DNA of 64,000 nucleotides from Leucoraja ocellata (taxonomy: Eukaryota). The first letter of the stretch is position 1, and each line of letters starts with the position of its first letter. This document shows positions 1-12,038 of this stretch, in pieces. The translations under genes were made by a program, and so were the position numbers. The stretch is from positions 930,001-994,000 of the forward strand of contig JAWMAR010000563.1 in NCBI GenBank assembly GCA_036785375.1, in the 5' to 3' direction. A model generated the notes under the pieces. That model was not told the origin of the DNA and did not search any database. It saw only the letters and a program-made list of their open reading frames with translations.

Positions 1-106
1 CAGAGATGCTGCCTGACCTGCTGACTCGAGCATTTTGTTCTATCTTCGGTGTAAATCAGCAACCCCAGTCCCTTCTTACCCAATGAAAGTCATACTATAC
101 ACACAC

Positions 107-224
107 CATTTTGTGCCTCGACGTATTGTGGCCAGTTCACTTTTAGGTATAACTGGTCGTCCTCCTCTTCATTGTCAATCTCCGCATCTTCGTGTTCCAG
201 CAGAAGCTTCTGAGCAGAAACAAG
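107..224 (-). CDS. Internal coding exon (118 nt, phase 0->1) of an unidentified gene: LVSAQKLLLEHEDAEIDNEEEDDQLYLKVNWPQYVEAQN
   Basis: Minus-strand acceptor ttatttctacccag, donor g|gtgtgt, open frame, phase-compatible with exon 809-924; non-repetitive sequence. Confidence 0.65.
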
Positions 225-808
225 CTGGGTAGAAATAAGTTTAGTGTCAATTAAAGCCAAGGGATTTCTAATGGTCTGAATTAGCCACCATTCGAATTCT
301 AGATTAAATATTTTGCTTTATGACTGTACAGGCAGGTAAGACTAGTGTAGATGGGGCATGTTGGTCAATGTGGGTAAGTTGGGCTGAAGGGCCTGTTTCT
401 GAGCTGTATGACTCTCTAAGTAATTTTAGCATGCATTATACTTTTAATGTGCCACTGCTGACAGCTCCATTCTACCACAACTATTTTATGATTGAATTTT
501 CCTGCAGGCTCGCATCTATCCCATGTCACTTACTCTTCACAAAGGGGTTCTACACGGAATGGAGTGAGCAGTGAAATGTAGGGAAGCACTCCTTCATACA
601 GTTGAGCCCAGATATACAATGTACATAACTAACCATGTAAACAAAAATGTTTTAAATTGCTTCCTACAATGCTTCAACAACTCACGGTATATCAAACCAT
701 CAATTTTTCTTTTTTGAAAAGATGAAGTCATTTCATTCCAGGTAAATGGCAAACAGATCAATATTCAGTTAATCGTCATCAGGTGCAAGGGACTTATATT
801 TGGGGTAC

Positions 809-924
809 CTGTACATTGTCCAGCTCCTCTTGGATCTGCTCGATTTTAGACAGGTATGAAGCTTCCATTGACAAAGAACTTTCCTCTGATCTTGCAGCCT
901 CTTGGTACAGAAGCGTCACTTGTT
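809..924 (-). CDS. Internal coding exon (116 nt, phase 1->0), coiled-coil-like: (E)QVTLLYQEAARSEESSLSMEASYLSKIEQIQEELDNVQ
   Basis: Strong polypyrimidine acceptor ttttcttttctctttcttaaag, donor cag|gtaccc; part of ORF 794..1030; splices in frame to 107-224. Confidence 0.7.
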
Positions 925-1599
925 CTTTAAGAAAGAGAAAAGAAAAAACACCCATAATGATCTGATATTTGTTGTAAATAAAGCAATACCTACACACTTT
1001 GCAATTTTTTTCCACTGCAGTTAATGGCAATTAGTGAAAATCATATGTTCTACTAATTACCGGCATTTGAAATCATAAAATATCCTTGAAATGCTACAAT
1101 TCATTAAGCTTGAAGATTGCTCAGGCACAATGGTAATTCCATTTACATATTTATCCAATGATAAATTCCTTAACTATCACTAGTGAGAAATGATTAGAAG
1201 CTTGAATAAAGCTCCACAGAAAATGTGTCTCCTCAACATTTTGGAAATTAAGGTATAAATTTACTTTAGTACAAGGTATACATACATTCAATACTGTTTA
1301 CACAAATCACAGGTCAGGTGTCACCTCTTTTGGGGCCTGGAGTTTTTTATTCCCTTCAAGTTGTCCGATTTGATTTGTCTCAACTTCCACCCAGAGACAC
1401 CCTCTGCCTAAGTGCAGTGAAGAGATCTCTAGTGTATTCATGTATGGAAATCAGGTTATACACTTGGCCCACGTTGGCCAACCTGGGTCTCACTGCACAC
1501 CTGGTACTACTCCTGGCCCTGACTTCAGATGCATACCTTCTCATTCCTGTCCCTGAGTCCAGCCTTATACCTGGCCCCCTATTCTACCATTTCATAGCA

Positions 1600-4220
1600 T
1601 TGTCCTGGACTTCCCCAACATCGGGAACAATCTTCCTGCATCTAGCCTGTCCAACCGCTTAAGAATTTTGTAAGTTTCTATAAGATCCCCCCTCAATCAC
1701 CTAAATTCTAGCAAGTATAAGCCAATACTATTCAGTCTTTCTTCATATGAAAGTCCTGACTTCCCAGGAATCAGTCTGGTGAACCTTCTCTGCACTCCCT
1801 CTATGGCAATAATGTCCTTCCTCAGATTTGGAGACCAAAACTGTACGCAATACTCCAGGTGTGGTCTCACCAAGACCCTGTACAGCTGCAGTAGAACTTC
1901 CCTGCTCCTATACTCAAATCCTTTTGCTATGAATGCTAACATACCATTCGCTGTCTTCACTGCCTGCTGCACCTGCATGCCTACTTTCAATGACTGGTGT
2001 ACCATGACACCCAGGTCTCGTTGAATCTCCACTTTTCCTAATCGGCCACCATTTAGATAATAGTCTGTTTTCCTGTTTTTGCCACCAAAGTGGATAACCT
2101 CACATTTATCCACATTATACTCCATCTGCCATACATTTGCCCACTCACCCAGCCTATCCAAGTCACCTTGCAGCCTCCTAGCATCCTCCTCACAGCTAAC
2201 ACTGCCCCCCAGCTTAGTGTCATCCACAAACTTGGAGATGTTGCATTCAATTCCCTCGTCCAATTCATTAATATATATTGTAAAAAGCTGGGGTCCCAGC
2301 ACTGAGCCTTGCGGTACCCCCACTAGTCACTGCCTGCCATTGTGAAAAGGACCCGTTTACTCCTACTCTTTGCTTTCTGTTTGCCAGCCAGTTCTCTATC
2401 CACATCAATACTGAACCCCCAATACCGTGTGCTTTAAGTTTGTATACTAATCTCTTATGTGGGACCTTGTCGAAAGCCTTCTGGAAGTCCAGATACACCA
2501 CATCCACTGGTGATAGGGATCCACTCCACTAGTTAATTCCTCGAAAAATTCTATAAGATTCGTCAGGCATGATTTACCTTTCGTAAATCCATGCTGACTT
2601 TGTCCAATGATTTCACCACTTTTCAAATGTGCTGCTATCCCATCTTTAATAACTGACTCTAGCAGTTTCCCCACTACCGTTGTTAGACTAACTGGTCTGT
2701 AATTCCCCGTTTTTTCTCTCCCTCCCTTTTTAAAAAGTGGTGTTACATTAGCTACCCTCCAATCCTCAGGAACTACTCTAGAATCTAGAGTTTTGAAAAA
2801 TTATCACTAATGCATCCACTATTTCTGGAGCTACTTCCTTAAGTACTCTGGGATGCAGCCTATTTTCCTTTTCCTAATTAAGCCCTTTGTCCTCCTCTGC
2901 TGGTCTCTGAATTTTTCCCAGTATATGCTGCTTTTTCTGGCTAATTTGTACACTTCATCTTTTGCTTTGATACTATCCCTGATTTCCCTTGTTATCCACG
3001 GACGCACTACCTTCCCTGATTTAGTCTTTTGCCAAACTGGGATGAACAATTTTTGTAGTTCATCCATGCAGTCTTTAAATGTCTTCCATTGCATATCCAC
3101 CGTCAACACTTTTAGAATTAATTGCCAGTCAATCTTGGCCAATTCACGTCCCATATCCTCAAAGTTACCTTTCTTTAAGTTCAGAACCACTGAATTAACA
3201 ATGTCACTCTCCATCCTAATGATGAACTCAACCATATTATGGTCACTCTTGCTCAAGGGGGCACGTACAACAAGACTGCTAACTAACCCTTCCTCATTAC
3301 TCAATACCCAGTCTAAAATAGCCTGCTTTCTCGTTGGTTCCTCTACATGTTGGTTTAGAAAACTATCCCGCATACATTCCAAGAAATCCTATTCCTCAGC
3401 AACCCTTGCCAATTTGATTCACCCAATCTATATGTAACTGTTTTACCTTTGTTGCATGCATTACTAATTTCCTGTTTGATGCCATCCCCAACTTCACTAC
3501 TACTGTTAGGTGGCCTGTACACAACACCCATTAGCGTTTTCTGCCCCTTAATGTTTCGCAGCTCTACCCATACCGATTCCACATCCTCCAAGCTAATGTC
3601 CTTCCTTTCCATTGCGTTAATCTCCTCTCTAACCAGCAACGCTACCCCACCTCCTTTTCCTTTCTGTCTATCACTCCTGAATATTGAATATCCCTGGATG
3701 TTCAGCTCCCAGCCTTGGTCACCCTGGAGCCATGTCTCCGTGATCCCAACTATATCATAATCATTAATAACTATCTGCACATTCAACTCATCCACCTTAT
3801 TCCGAATGCTCCTTGCATTGAGACACAAAGCCTTCAGACTTGTTTTTACAATGCTCACCTCTTTTACAATTACGTTGAAAAGTGGCCCTTTTTGATTTTT
3901 GCCCTGGATTTGTCTCCCTGCAACTATTACTTTTCACCTTGCTACCTGTTGCTTCCACCCCCATTTTACACCCCTGTCTCTCTGCTCACCCATTTAAGAA
4001 CCCCGCCACTCTCTGCCACAGAGGGTAGTTGTGGCCAGTTCATAGGCTATATTTAAGAGGGAGTTAGATGTGGCCCTTGTGGCTAAAGGGATCAGGGAGT
4101 ATGGGGAGAAGGCAGGTACAGGATACTGAGTTGGATGATCAGCCATGATCATATCGAATGGCGTTGCAGGCTCGAAGCGCAGAATGCCCTACTCCTGCAC
4201 CTATTTTCTATGTTTCTATG
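1600..4220. mobile_element. CR1 LINE, degenerate; body on - strand (1600-~4003), 3' end on + strand (~4008-4220)
   Basis: ORF2 fragments with APE motifs (LNARSI, GITETW, SDH) and RT (GVPQGSVLGP, FVDD); tail tttctatgtttctatg at 4205-4220. Confidence 0.95.
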
Positions 4221-4249
4221 TCTGTTGGTTTGTGGTCACCAATTTTGTT

Positions 4250-4560
4250 TAGAGATACAGGATAGAAATGCTCTTTGGCTCACCTAGTCCATGCCGACCA
4301 TCTATCGCCCGTTTACACAAGTTATCTCATCCCACTTTCTCGTCCACTCCCTATATACTAGAGGCGATTTACAGAGGCCAATTAACATGCAAACCCACAC
4401 GTGTTTGGAATGTGGGAGAAAACCAGAGCACCAGGAGAAAACCCATGTGGTCATAGGGTGAACGTGCAAACTCCACACACCGCATTGGAGGTCAGGATTA
4501 AACCGAGTCTTTGGCGTTGTGGGGCAGCAGCTCAACCAGCTACACCACTGTGCCCACCAT
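4250..4560 (-). mobile_element. tRNA-derived SINE (V-SINE/HE1-like)
   Basis: Minus-strand head ggcacagtggtgtagctggt..., core tgtgtggagtttgcacgttc...ggttttctcccacattccaaa; related copy at ~12470-12730. Confidence 0.75.
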
Positions 4561-5864
4561 TCTCGAATGCCAATTCAATCCAGTGGTGTCCATGACTGGA
4601 CAACAACAATCTTCCAGTTTTGATTTGTGTACAGTTTCATTGGGGAAAGAGGTCTGGCTGGTTTAGGGAAGGTGCTTTGAAGGTAGAACTGTTATGCTTC
4701 CATGTTTCTGGAAGCTTCCATCCCCATTTCTTGGGATTTCCTGTTTATTAACAGCTTGTCTCTGGACCAGTTGTTGTCTGCAAAAGTTGCTCCTGTTATC
4801 TTGGCCAGAATCAGATCATGGCCACTGTCCCAACCTCTTGGCAGCTCTAGTTAATAAAGATTTGTAAATTTTTTTAAATTGGATGTTTTCATTTAATCTA
4901 TTCTATTTGGTCATTTAGTGGCACCTGACAGATCTTGTTGTCTTTATTTAGTCAAATGGAACAGGTTTTCTGTGGCCACGGTTTACCAGCGTCCTTTGAA
5001 AATGGATTCCGCAGGGCCCGAAGCAACTGCCTGGTCATTTGTTGTGCAGTTTGGCTATTAACCCACTGATTCTGCCTGTCTTATTTTAGTTTGGAAGGAA
5101 TCTGGTCAGTGTCCTATTTCCGATTTAAGAGGAGAGCGGTTCTTCAATTTTTAGTAGAACTGCTTTCCTTTTTGTAATTTTAGAATTATTATAGATTTGG
5201 GGGGGGGGGGTAAAGGAACCTATTGTTCATTGCTGCCTTTTCATTGAATAGATTTGTGTTATCTAAAGGCATTATACTTGAGTCTCTGGACTGGTTCTAC
5301 TACTTCTACAGTTTGGGTTTTAAGATCGTACTCTGAATTACTGGGACTGGTTTTGGATAATTGTTGTGGGAATTAATGGGCTTTTTGGTGAGGGTGTTGT
5401 ATTCTGGAGATAAATCAAATGTGGTTTCTCTGGTTCCAGTTTGGGTTTATCTTTTTCAATTTGGTTTTGGGATCCTGGGGTCTCCTCTGTATTATCGCGA
5501 GGACAAGGGAGTAACGAGGAGCACATCGCTTTGAATATTAGGGTGTCAGTTTGAGTGTAGTGGGATAATCATTCCTCTAGTGCTCACTGTTCTCACAATT
5601 GGAGATTGACTGTGTATCTGTAGAAGGTTGTAAGAATTATTGCAGACATGCTGAATTTCTCCCGAGAGAGTTAAGAGTTTCAAATAAATTCTTACTTGCA
5701 GCACAACAGCTGTGTAAACACAGTGCTCATAGATAATGCTATAAACAAATAAAAAGTTCAATCGATTTAAAAAGACCAATGTTAATGCAAAAAGGTTGAA
5801 ATCCTCAGTGCAACCATAGTTCACAGTTTAGTTGGTGTTTGTAGTGTTCAAAAACATAATGACT

Positions 5865-6427
5865 CCCACACGGGCATTGATTCCTACACATCCTCTGTTC
5901 TGGACTTTATAAACTCCGCCATCAATAGTGTCTCCTCCCTCAAATAGGTGACCATATTCCTGAATCAGAAGCCATGGATGAACAGCGAGGTCAGGCTACT
6001 GCTGAAAGCACGGGACACCGCTTTCAGGTCAGGCGATGCTCGAGCCTACAGTTCATCCAGGGCTAATGTGAAGAGGGGCATCAAGAAGGCCAAGCACTGC
6101 CATAAGCTCAGGATTGAGGAGCACTTCAACAACAACTCCGACTCTCGACGCTTGTGGCAAGGCATCCAGGTCATCACGAACTATAGACCCACCAACACCA
6201 CCCCCATATTCAGCGACGCCTCCTTCCTTGAGGAGCTTAATCACTTCTATGGCCGCTTCAACAGGAACAATCTAGAGACAGCCATCAAGGCTGTGCTCCC
6301 TGCTGATCACCAACCCCTCACACTCACCCCCTACGATGTGTACGTGGCACTGAGTAGGACTAATGCATGTAAGGCTGCTGGCCCTGACGGCATCCCTGGG
6401 CGCGTCCTCAGGGCCTGTGCAGGGAGA
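5865..6427 (+). mobile_element. Rex1/Babar-type non-LTR retrotransposon fragment
   Basis: ORF 5948..6430: NQKPWM...LLKARDTAFRSGD...KAAGPDGIPGRVLRACA, the pre-RT region of this clade. Confidence 0.75.
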
Positions 6428-8155
6428 TGACTGACTCTTACACAAAGCCCACGGGGCTGGACGGACTCTGTCCCCCCGGCAGAGGGGTCTGTGGCCACGG
6501 ATCAGTCTCCGATCAAGGGGAGAAATGTCCGCACTGAGCCGGGGTGGAGAATGTTTGTGATCCTCACCCCCAGAGCACTGTGGAAGCTGCGTCACCGAAG
6601 TCTTTCAATGTTCCGGTTGTATCAATGTTGTTCCCCACAGACCAGGGAATGGGGCGTGGGATTGTGGGGGAGGGTGGGACAGGGAGGGGGATGCAGAGGG
6701 TGAGGGGAAGGTTGGGATGAACATCAGTGGGGGTGAGAGATGGAGCAGGCAAGGACACGGGCTGAGCATGGGTGGGGAGGAGTGGATGAGAGGTGAAGAG
6801 GGGAGGGGAGGACGGGAGAGGGAATGTGAGGAGGGGATAAAGCCAGGAGGAAGGAATGATTAGGAGGGAGGGAAGGAGATGGGGAGGGGGGTTTGTGAGG
6901 GGGAGGGGCTAGGGAAAGGGAGTTGATAGAGAAGGGGAGGAAGAGATTAGGAGGGAAGAGGTGTGGAGTGGGAGGAGAGGAATGGAAGTGTTGGTGAGGG
7001 GAGCGGGATGGGGATGTGGGAGGAATTGGGGAAGGGGAGCACAAGGAAGGAGGCGCGGGGAAGGAGGGGCAGGTGGAATACCTGTGAGAGATTTCATTCA
7101 CAGCACCCAGCTCCATTCCTGTAATTTCTGTCGAAGGACCTCAGTCTTGAAACGTTGACTGTGTTTCTCTCTCCACAGAGGGACAGTGCAGGTAATCTAC
7201 ACTGGAATCTTGATCACCTGGGACAATGGGACAAAGAAATGGCAAGTGGAGTTTAATTACAATAAACACAAGGTGTAGCAAGGTTGAGGGACAGGACTTA
7301 GGCCGTAAGTGCTGGAGCTGAGGGAAATGTTGTGGGACTGAGAGACCTAGGGGGAAGGGACATAGTTCCATGAAGGTGGTGACACAGGTTGACAAGGCGG
7401 TGAAGGTGGCGTGTGACACGCTTGCCTTCATCAGTCAAAGCGTTGAGTACAGGAGTTGGGAAGTCATGTTCTTAAGCGATAGGAGCGGAATCATGCCACT
7501 CGGCCCATCAAGTCTACTCCGCCGTTCTATCACAGCTGCTTGGTAAGGCCGTATTTGCTGAACTCTGCAGTACCTGTTGCCCTGTCATTAAACTGGTAAA
7601 GGTGCAACAATGTCTACTAAGATGTTACATGGTCAGGGGGGTTTGAGCTATGGGGAGAGGCTGGATAGGCTGGGTACTGAGTGTAGAAGGCTGGTCTTGT
7701 ACAGAGTGGTGCATGGAACGAGCTGCTGGAGGAGGTAGTTGAGGCAGGTACTATCACGACATAAGAAACATTTAGACAGGTACATGTACAGGACAGAGTT
7801 AGAGGGATATGGGCCAAACTCCAGCAGATGAGATTAGTGTAGATGGGGCATGTTGGTCGGCGTGGGCAAGTTGGGCCAAAGGGCCTGTGTTCACGCTGCA
7901 TGACTCTATGACTGTGAGGTTTATAACACCACGGTGCAGAGTGCTGTTGTCAGCACGATGCTGTTACATCCCGGGAATCCCCGGTCACCGTCCACAGTCC
8001 ACGGTCCAATCTCTCCGTAGCCGTCGGCAGCCGCTTCCCACAAGCTCCGCCCTCAGCACGGACTGGCACGGATCAGTTCACTCCATCGTCAACCTCCCGG
8101 GCCGGCTCTCTCCGCCCGAACCCTCACGGCCACGGCGGAGGGAAGCAGAGAACAT

Positions 8156-8420
8156 CACAGCTCCGTGTCCCAGGGTGGGGAATACAGACCCGGGAACAGA
8201 TCCGGACACAGGGAACAAGTCACAGCTCCGTGTCCCAGGGTGGGGAATACAGACCCGGGAACAGATCCGGACACAGGGAACAAGTCACAGCTCCGTGTCC
8301 CAGGGTGGGGAATACATACCGGGAACAGATCCGGACACAGGGGACAAGTCACAGCCCCGTGTCCCAGGGTGGGGAATACAGACCCGGACACAGGGGACAA
8401 GTCACAGCCCCGTGTCACAG
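8156..8420. repeat. 65-bp minisatellite, ~4 copies
   Basis: Unit cacagctccgtgtcccagggtggggaatacagacccgggaacagatccggacacagggaacaagt starts at 8156, 8221, 8286, 8350. Confidence 0.95.
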
Positions 8421-8799
8421 GGCCAGGAATACGGTCCCTCCTCACCCGGGTCCTCCTGTCACCTGCCGGTACCGACCTCACCCCATCCCCGCGTTATACA
8501 GTGTAGGAAGGAACTGTAGATGCTGCTTTACACTGAAGATAGACACAAAAAGCTGCAGTAACTCAGCGGGTCAGACAGCATCTGTGGAGAGAAGAAATAG
8601 GTGACGTTTCGGGTCGAGACCCTTCTTCAGATGCTGTCTGGCCCGCTGAGTTACTGCAGCTTGTTGTGTCTCTCCTCGTTGCACTGGCTCTCTCCTCTCA
8701 ACCGCCGAGGCAGGGCCGCGACCCGGAACATGAACCACCCCTCTCCCTCCACTGATGCCACCGATCATTCAATGTGCTTCAGCAGTTAGTTTCCCCTAC

Positions 8800-9500
8800 G
8801 TGGGTCTGTGAGTCAGGGTCTGTGTCTCAGGGTCTGTGTGTCACGGTCTATGTGTCAGGGTCTGTGTCTCAGGATATGTGTACCTAGGGTGCATCTGTGT
8901 GTCACGGCTGAGGCCCCAAGGTCTGGATCCACAGGGACTCCGCTGGGTCTGTGCCTCTGATCTGTCCCGAGTCTCTGTCCTTTGATTCTGTCCCAGGGAC
9001 TGTCCCTCGCCTGTCCCCAGTCTGTCCTCAGGGTCTGTGTCTCAGCGTCTGTGTCTCAGGAGCTGTCCCCAGGGTCTGTGTCCCCAGGGCCTGTGCCCTT
9101 AACGGCCTGAATCCCTCAGGGTCTGTATCTCAGGATCAGTCCCCAAGGTCCGTGTCTCAGGGTCTATGTGTCAGGGTCTGTAGCAGGGTCTGTGTCAGGG
9201 TCTGTGTCAGTGTCTGTGTCAATGTCTGCGTCCCAGGATCAGTGTGTCAGGTTCTGTGTGTCGGGGTCAGTCTGTCGGAGTCTTTGTGTCAGTGTCTGCG
9301 TATCAGGGTCTGTGTCAGGGCCCGTCTCATGATCTTTGTCAGGGTCTGTGTGTCAGGGTCTGTGTCACGGTCTGTGTAAGTGTCTGTGTCAGGGACTGAG
9401 TGTCAGTGTGCCAGGGTCTGTTTGTCAGGGTCTGCGTGTCAGGGTCAGTATGTCAGGGTCTGTGTGTCAGGGTCAGTATGTCAGGGTCTGTGTCGGTGGG
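8800..9500. repeat. Degenerate 12-14-bp minisatellite (cagggtctgtgt)n
   Basis: Motif reiterated throughout; explains the spurious Val/Cys-rich ORFs. Confidence 0.9.
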
Positions 9501-9520
9501 CCCCACCTCTCTCTCTCTCC

Positions 9521-10110
9521 CTTCTTCTTCTTTACGGTAGCCGGCATCCGCAATGTTGCATTGCTGCCACCTTCTGGCTTCATTCCACAGTACTCATGTC
9601 TTTATATTAGATCCTTTTTATAAACCCAGAGGCCCTCAAGAAATCAAACAACAACTTTATTCCCTTTCCTTTCCCTCCACACTCTAGAATGTTATTTACT
9701 GATATTTCTGTCAATCCAATTTTCCTCATTTCAATGATCATAAATCCTCTTTCTGTCTCATATCTCCTACATGCAACTAGGGCATGCTGAACTGTTTCTG
9801 GCTGATGGCATTCCTCACACAGCCCAGTAGGGTGTTTTCCCAATATTGTTAATGTGCTGTTCAGATGAGTGCGTCCTATCCTCAATCTTGTTAATACTAC
9901 CTGTTCCCTCCTCTTCTTGCTGTAATGCCCACTCTGTGTTGTAGCGAATAGAGGTGTCTCCCCTTTGTCTCCTGTTCCCAGTATTGTTGCCATTCCTGAT
10001 TTATTTTCTTTCACACAATGTGTTTTCCTTCAGATTTGGATAGTTGTAAGTTTATGTTTCTTTTTTTTACAGCCTCCTTTGCTAATTTATCCACCTTTTC
10101 ATTCCCTAGA
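9521..10110 (-). mobile_element. I-group (Nimb-like) LINE 3' fragment
   Basis: REQVVLTRLRIGRTHLN...CEECHQPETVQHALVAC zinc knuckle, RNase H end (GNEKVDKLAKEA), (aag)n tail at 9521-9530. Confidence 0.75.
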
Positions 10111-10149
10111 TTAGAACACCAATGTGTGGTGGGACCCACAACAAAGTCA

Positions 10150-10458
10150 CGTCACTGCCCCACCTCTCTCTCCCGCTTCACACTTTCGCTTTCATGAGCT
10201 CGCCTGTCGCGCTCCACCCCGGCAACCGGTGTCGCGGCGCCAGCTGTGCTGCTGATTGGACAGACTGGGCTATTTATCACCAGCTTCACGGGGCTCTTCT
10301 GCCCGGATACCGGTGACTCACGGGCGGGCAGGACTGTGATTGGCCGTGGGCACGGCGCCGACCAATCAGCGCGGGGTGCGGGCGTGAAACGGGCGGGCAA
10401 GCGGTGCAGAGTGAATCGCGCATGCGCCCAGGACTAGCAAACTCACCACAACCTGGAC
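10150..10458 (+). promoter_or_regulatory. MHC class I-type promoter: ISRE + two X1-X2-Y modules + CCAAT + GC box
   Basis: ISRE actttcgctttc 10182-93; X1/X2 cccggcaaccgg-tgtcgcg 10218-36 with Y ctgattgg 10252-59; X1/X2 cccggataccgg-tgactca 10302-20 with Y gtgattgg 10336-43; ccaatcag 10362-69; CpG-rich. Confidence 0.75.
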
Positions 10459-10570
10459 CAAAGATTACAGAGGAGCAAGATAGACCACTCCTCGAAAAAC
10501 GCGTAGTATGATGTGTGTGATTGTCGACGCCATTTTTTGAGGCATTTTATTGAGCTTACCCCACACTGTC

Positions 10571-11785
10571 ATGGCGTCCTTATCTAAATCTTCACATCAC
10601 TGCTCTGCTATCAAGTATTCTAATCGTAAATCTAAATGACCCGACCTGTCATTCTTTAGGTTCCCCAATAAAAAAGAAAGGTGAGAAAATATTATTATTA
10701 TTTTCAGTCGATATTCTGTCGTGAAAATGTTATTTTCTGTTCTCCCATGAACAGCCATTGGGAAACTAGGTTTGTCGGTACATTAGAAAGTTATTAGACT
10801 TATTTTTAATAGAACTTTACTTACCATAATAATAAAGACAATTTTAACACTTCTGTACATTTTTGGTTTTGTTCTTGTAAGGGATTGGTCTCCACAATAT
10901 GGCCCGCGGGACACATCAGGTCCAGTGACCATGGGATTTTTCGAGCTCAGATTCGTGTCCGAGAATGCGGCGGCTGTTACCCATTATGTCCCTCGAATTG
11001 TCGAGACATCACAAGCAAAGATCACAAGCCCGCCGTGAAGAAGGGTGCAATCAAATATTATACAACTCTGCTCTATCATCTTTGGGTGCAATGGTGGGTC
11101 GGGGGGTTAGGCGGCGGCGGCCGCAATCAAAGATACGAGAGGAGCTCTGCTCTATAATCTTTGGTCGGAATGGGACGGCTGCGCGTTATAATGTGGTATC
11201 GTTCCACTCCCTCTCCCCCTTCTTCCTCTCCCTGTCCCCCTTCTCCCTCTCCCCCCTTCTCCCTCTCCCCCCTTTTCCCCTTCTCCCTCTCCCCTTCTCC
11301 CTCTCCCCCATCTCCCTCTCCCCCTTCTCCCTCTCTTCTCTCTCCCCTCTCTTTCGATCTCTCTCTCCCCTCTTTTCTCTCGATCTCTCTCTCTCCCTCT
11401 CTTCTCTCGATCTCTCTCTCTCTTCTCTCGATCTCCCTCCCTTCCCTCTCTCCCTCCCTTACCTCTTCGTGAGAGTTGGCAGCTCTGCTATGCCTTGGGT
11501 CCAAAAGAGGATAGAAAGAAAATACTTAATGGTCTTTAAGGTAAATTGACATATTAGAGGCAAAAAGCATCTTCAACATACAGATCTCCACACAACTGAA
11601 AACAATTGCATTTAAGTGATATATCATCCATTGTTCAGGCATGTAGTTATGATCATCTTTTTTCTTATTAGTTAATCCTAAATGATATCTCCTGTAATTT
11701 CAGATGTCAACAGTGGGTCCAGAATACTCGTCGACAAGATCTCCTGCACCGAACTGCAGAGTATTTGTCAAATAACTGCCGTCTT
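10571..11785 (+). pseudogene. Two-exon THAP zinc-finger remnant of the transposase (10571-10680 + 11704-11785)
   Basis: MASLSKSSHHCSAIKYSNRKSK*PDLSFFRFPNKKE|RCQQWVQNTRRQDLLHRTAEYLSNNCRL; GT-AG phase-2 intron; stop at 10637, second Cys codon reads TAT; similarity ends before the catalytic domain. Confidence 0.85.
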
Positions 11786-11895
11786 ATGTACATTGTGTGA
11801 AATTGTGATTTGTTAACTGCACAAAACTAATGCAAATGGCGATATATTTATTATTGTATCTACGTTGGACATTTTGCTCTTTGGTGTCAGAACGC

Positions 11896-12038
11896 GGGGT
11901 GGGAGATTGCAACCTTCACGTGGTCCACCCTGTTTCGACAAATGCAATCAACCCGGTGTGCACAGTCAAATAAGATCAAATAGAACAAGTTGTCCTACAA
12001 CTTTAGGCTGTGCACGCCATACGCAATAAGAAGAAGAA
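11896..12038 (+). mobile_element. 143-bp 5'-truncated retroposon with (aag)n tail
   Basis: 12-bp TSD gtgtcagaacgc at 11884-95 and 12039-50. Confidence 0.8.

Noticed and set aside
4500-4560. tRNA-like A/B boxes
   Set aside because: SINE head, not a tRNA gene
4560-5545. Non-repetitive minus-strand tract with short Pro/Lys-rich ORFs, possibly a decayed ERV gag or host exon
   Set aside because: Stops in all frames examined and no recognisable motif or splice pair
7920-8790. CpG-rich pieces as candidate first exons of the minus-strand gene
   Set aside because: No convincing ATG plus phase-1 donor; ORFs derive from the 65-bp repeat and a Penelope-end repeat
10456-11166. Apparent 700-bp MITE with a 17-bp inverted repeat
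   Set aside because: Its right end is a footprint palindrome; the longer TIR match and exact TSD place the true end at 16227
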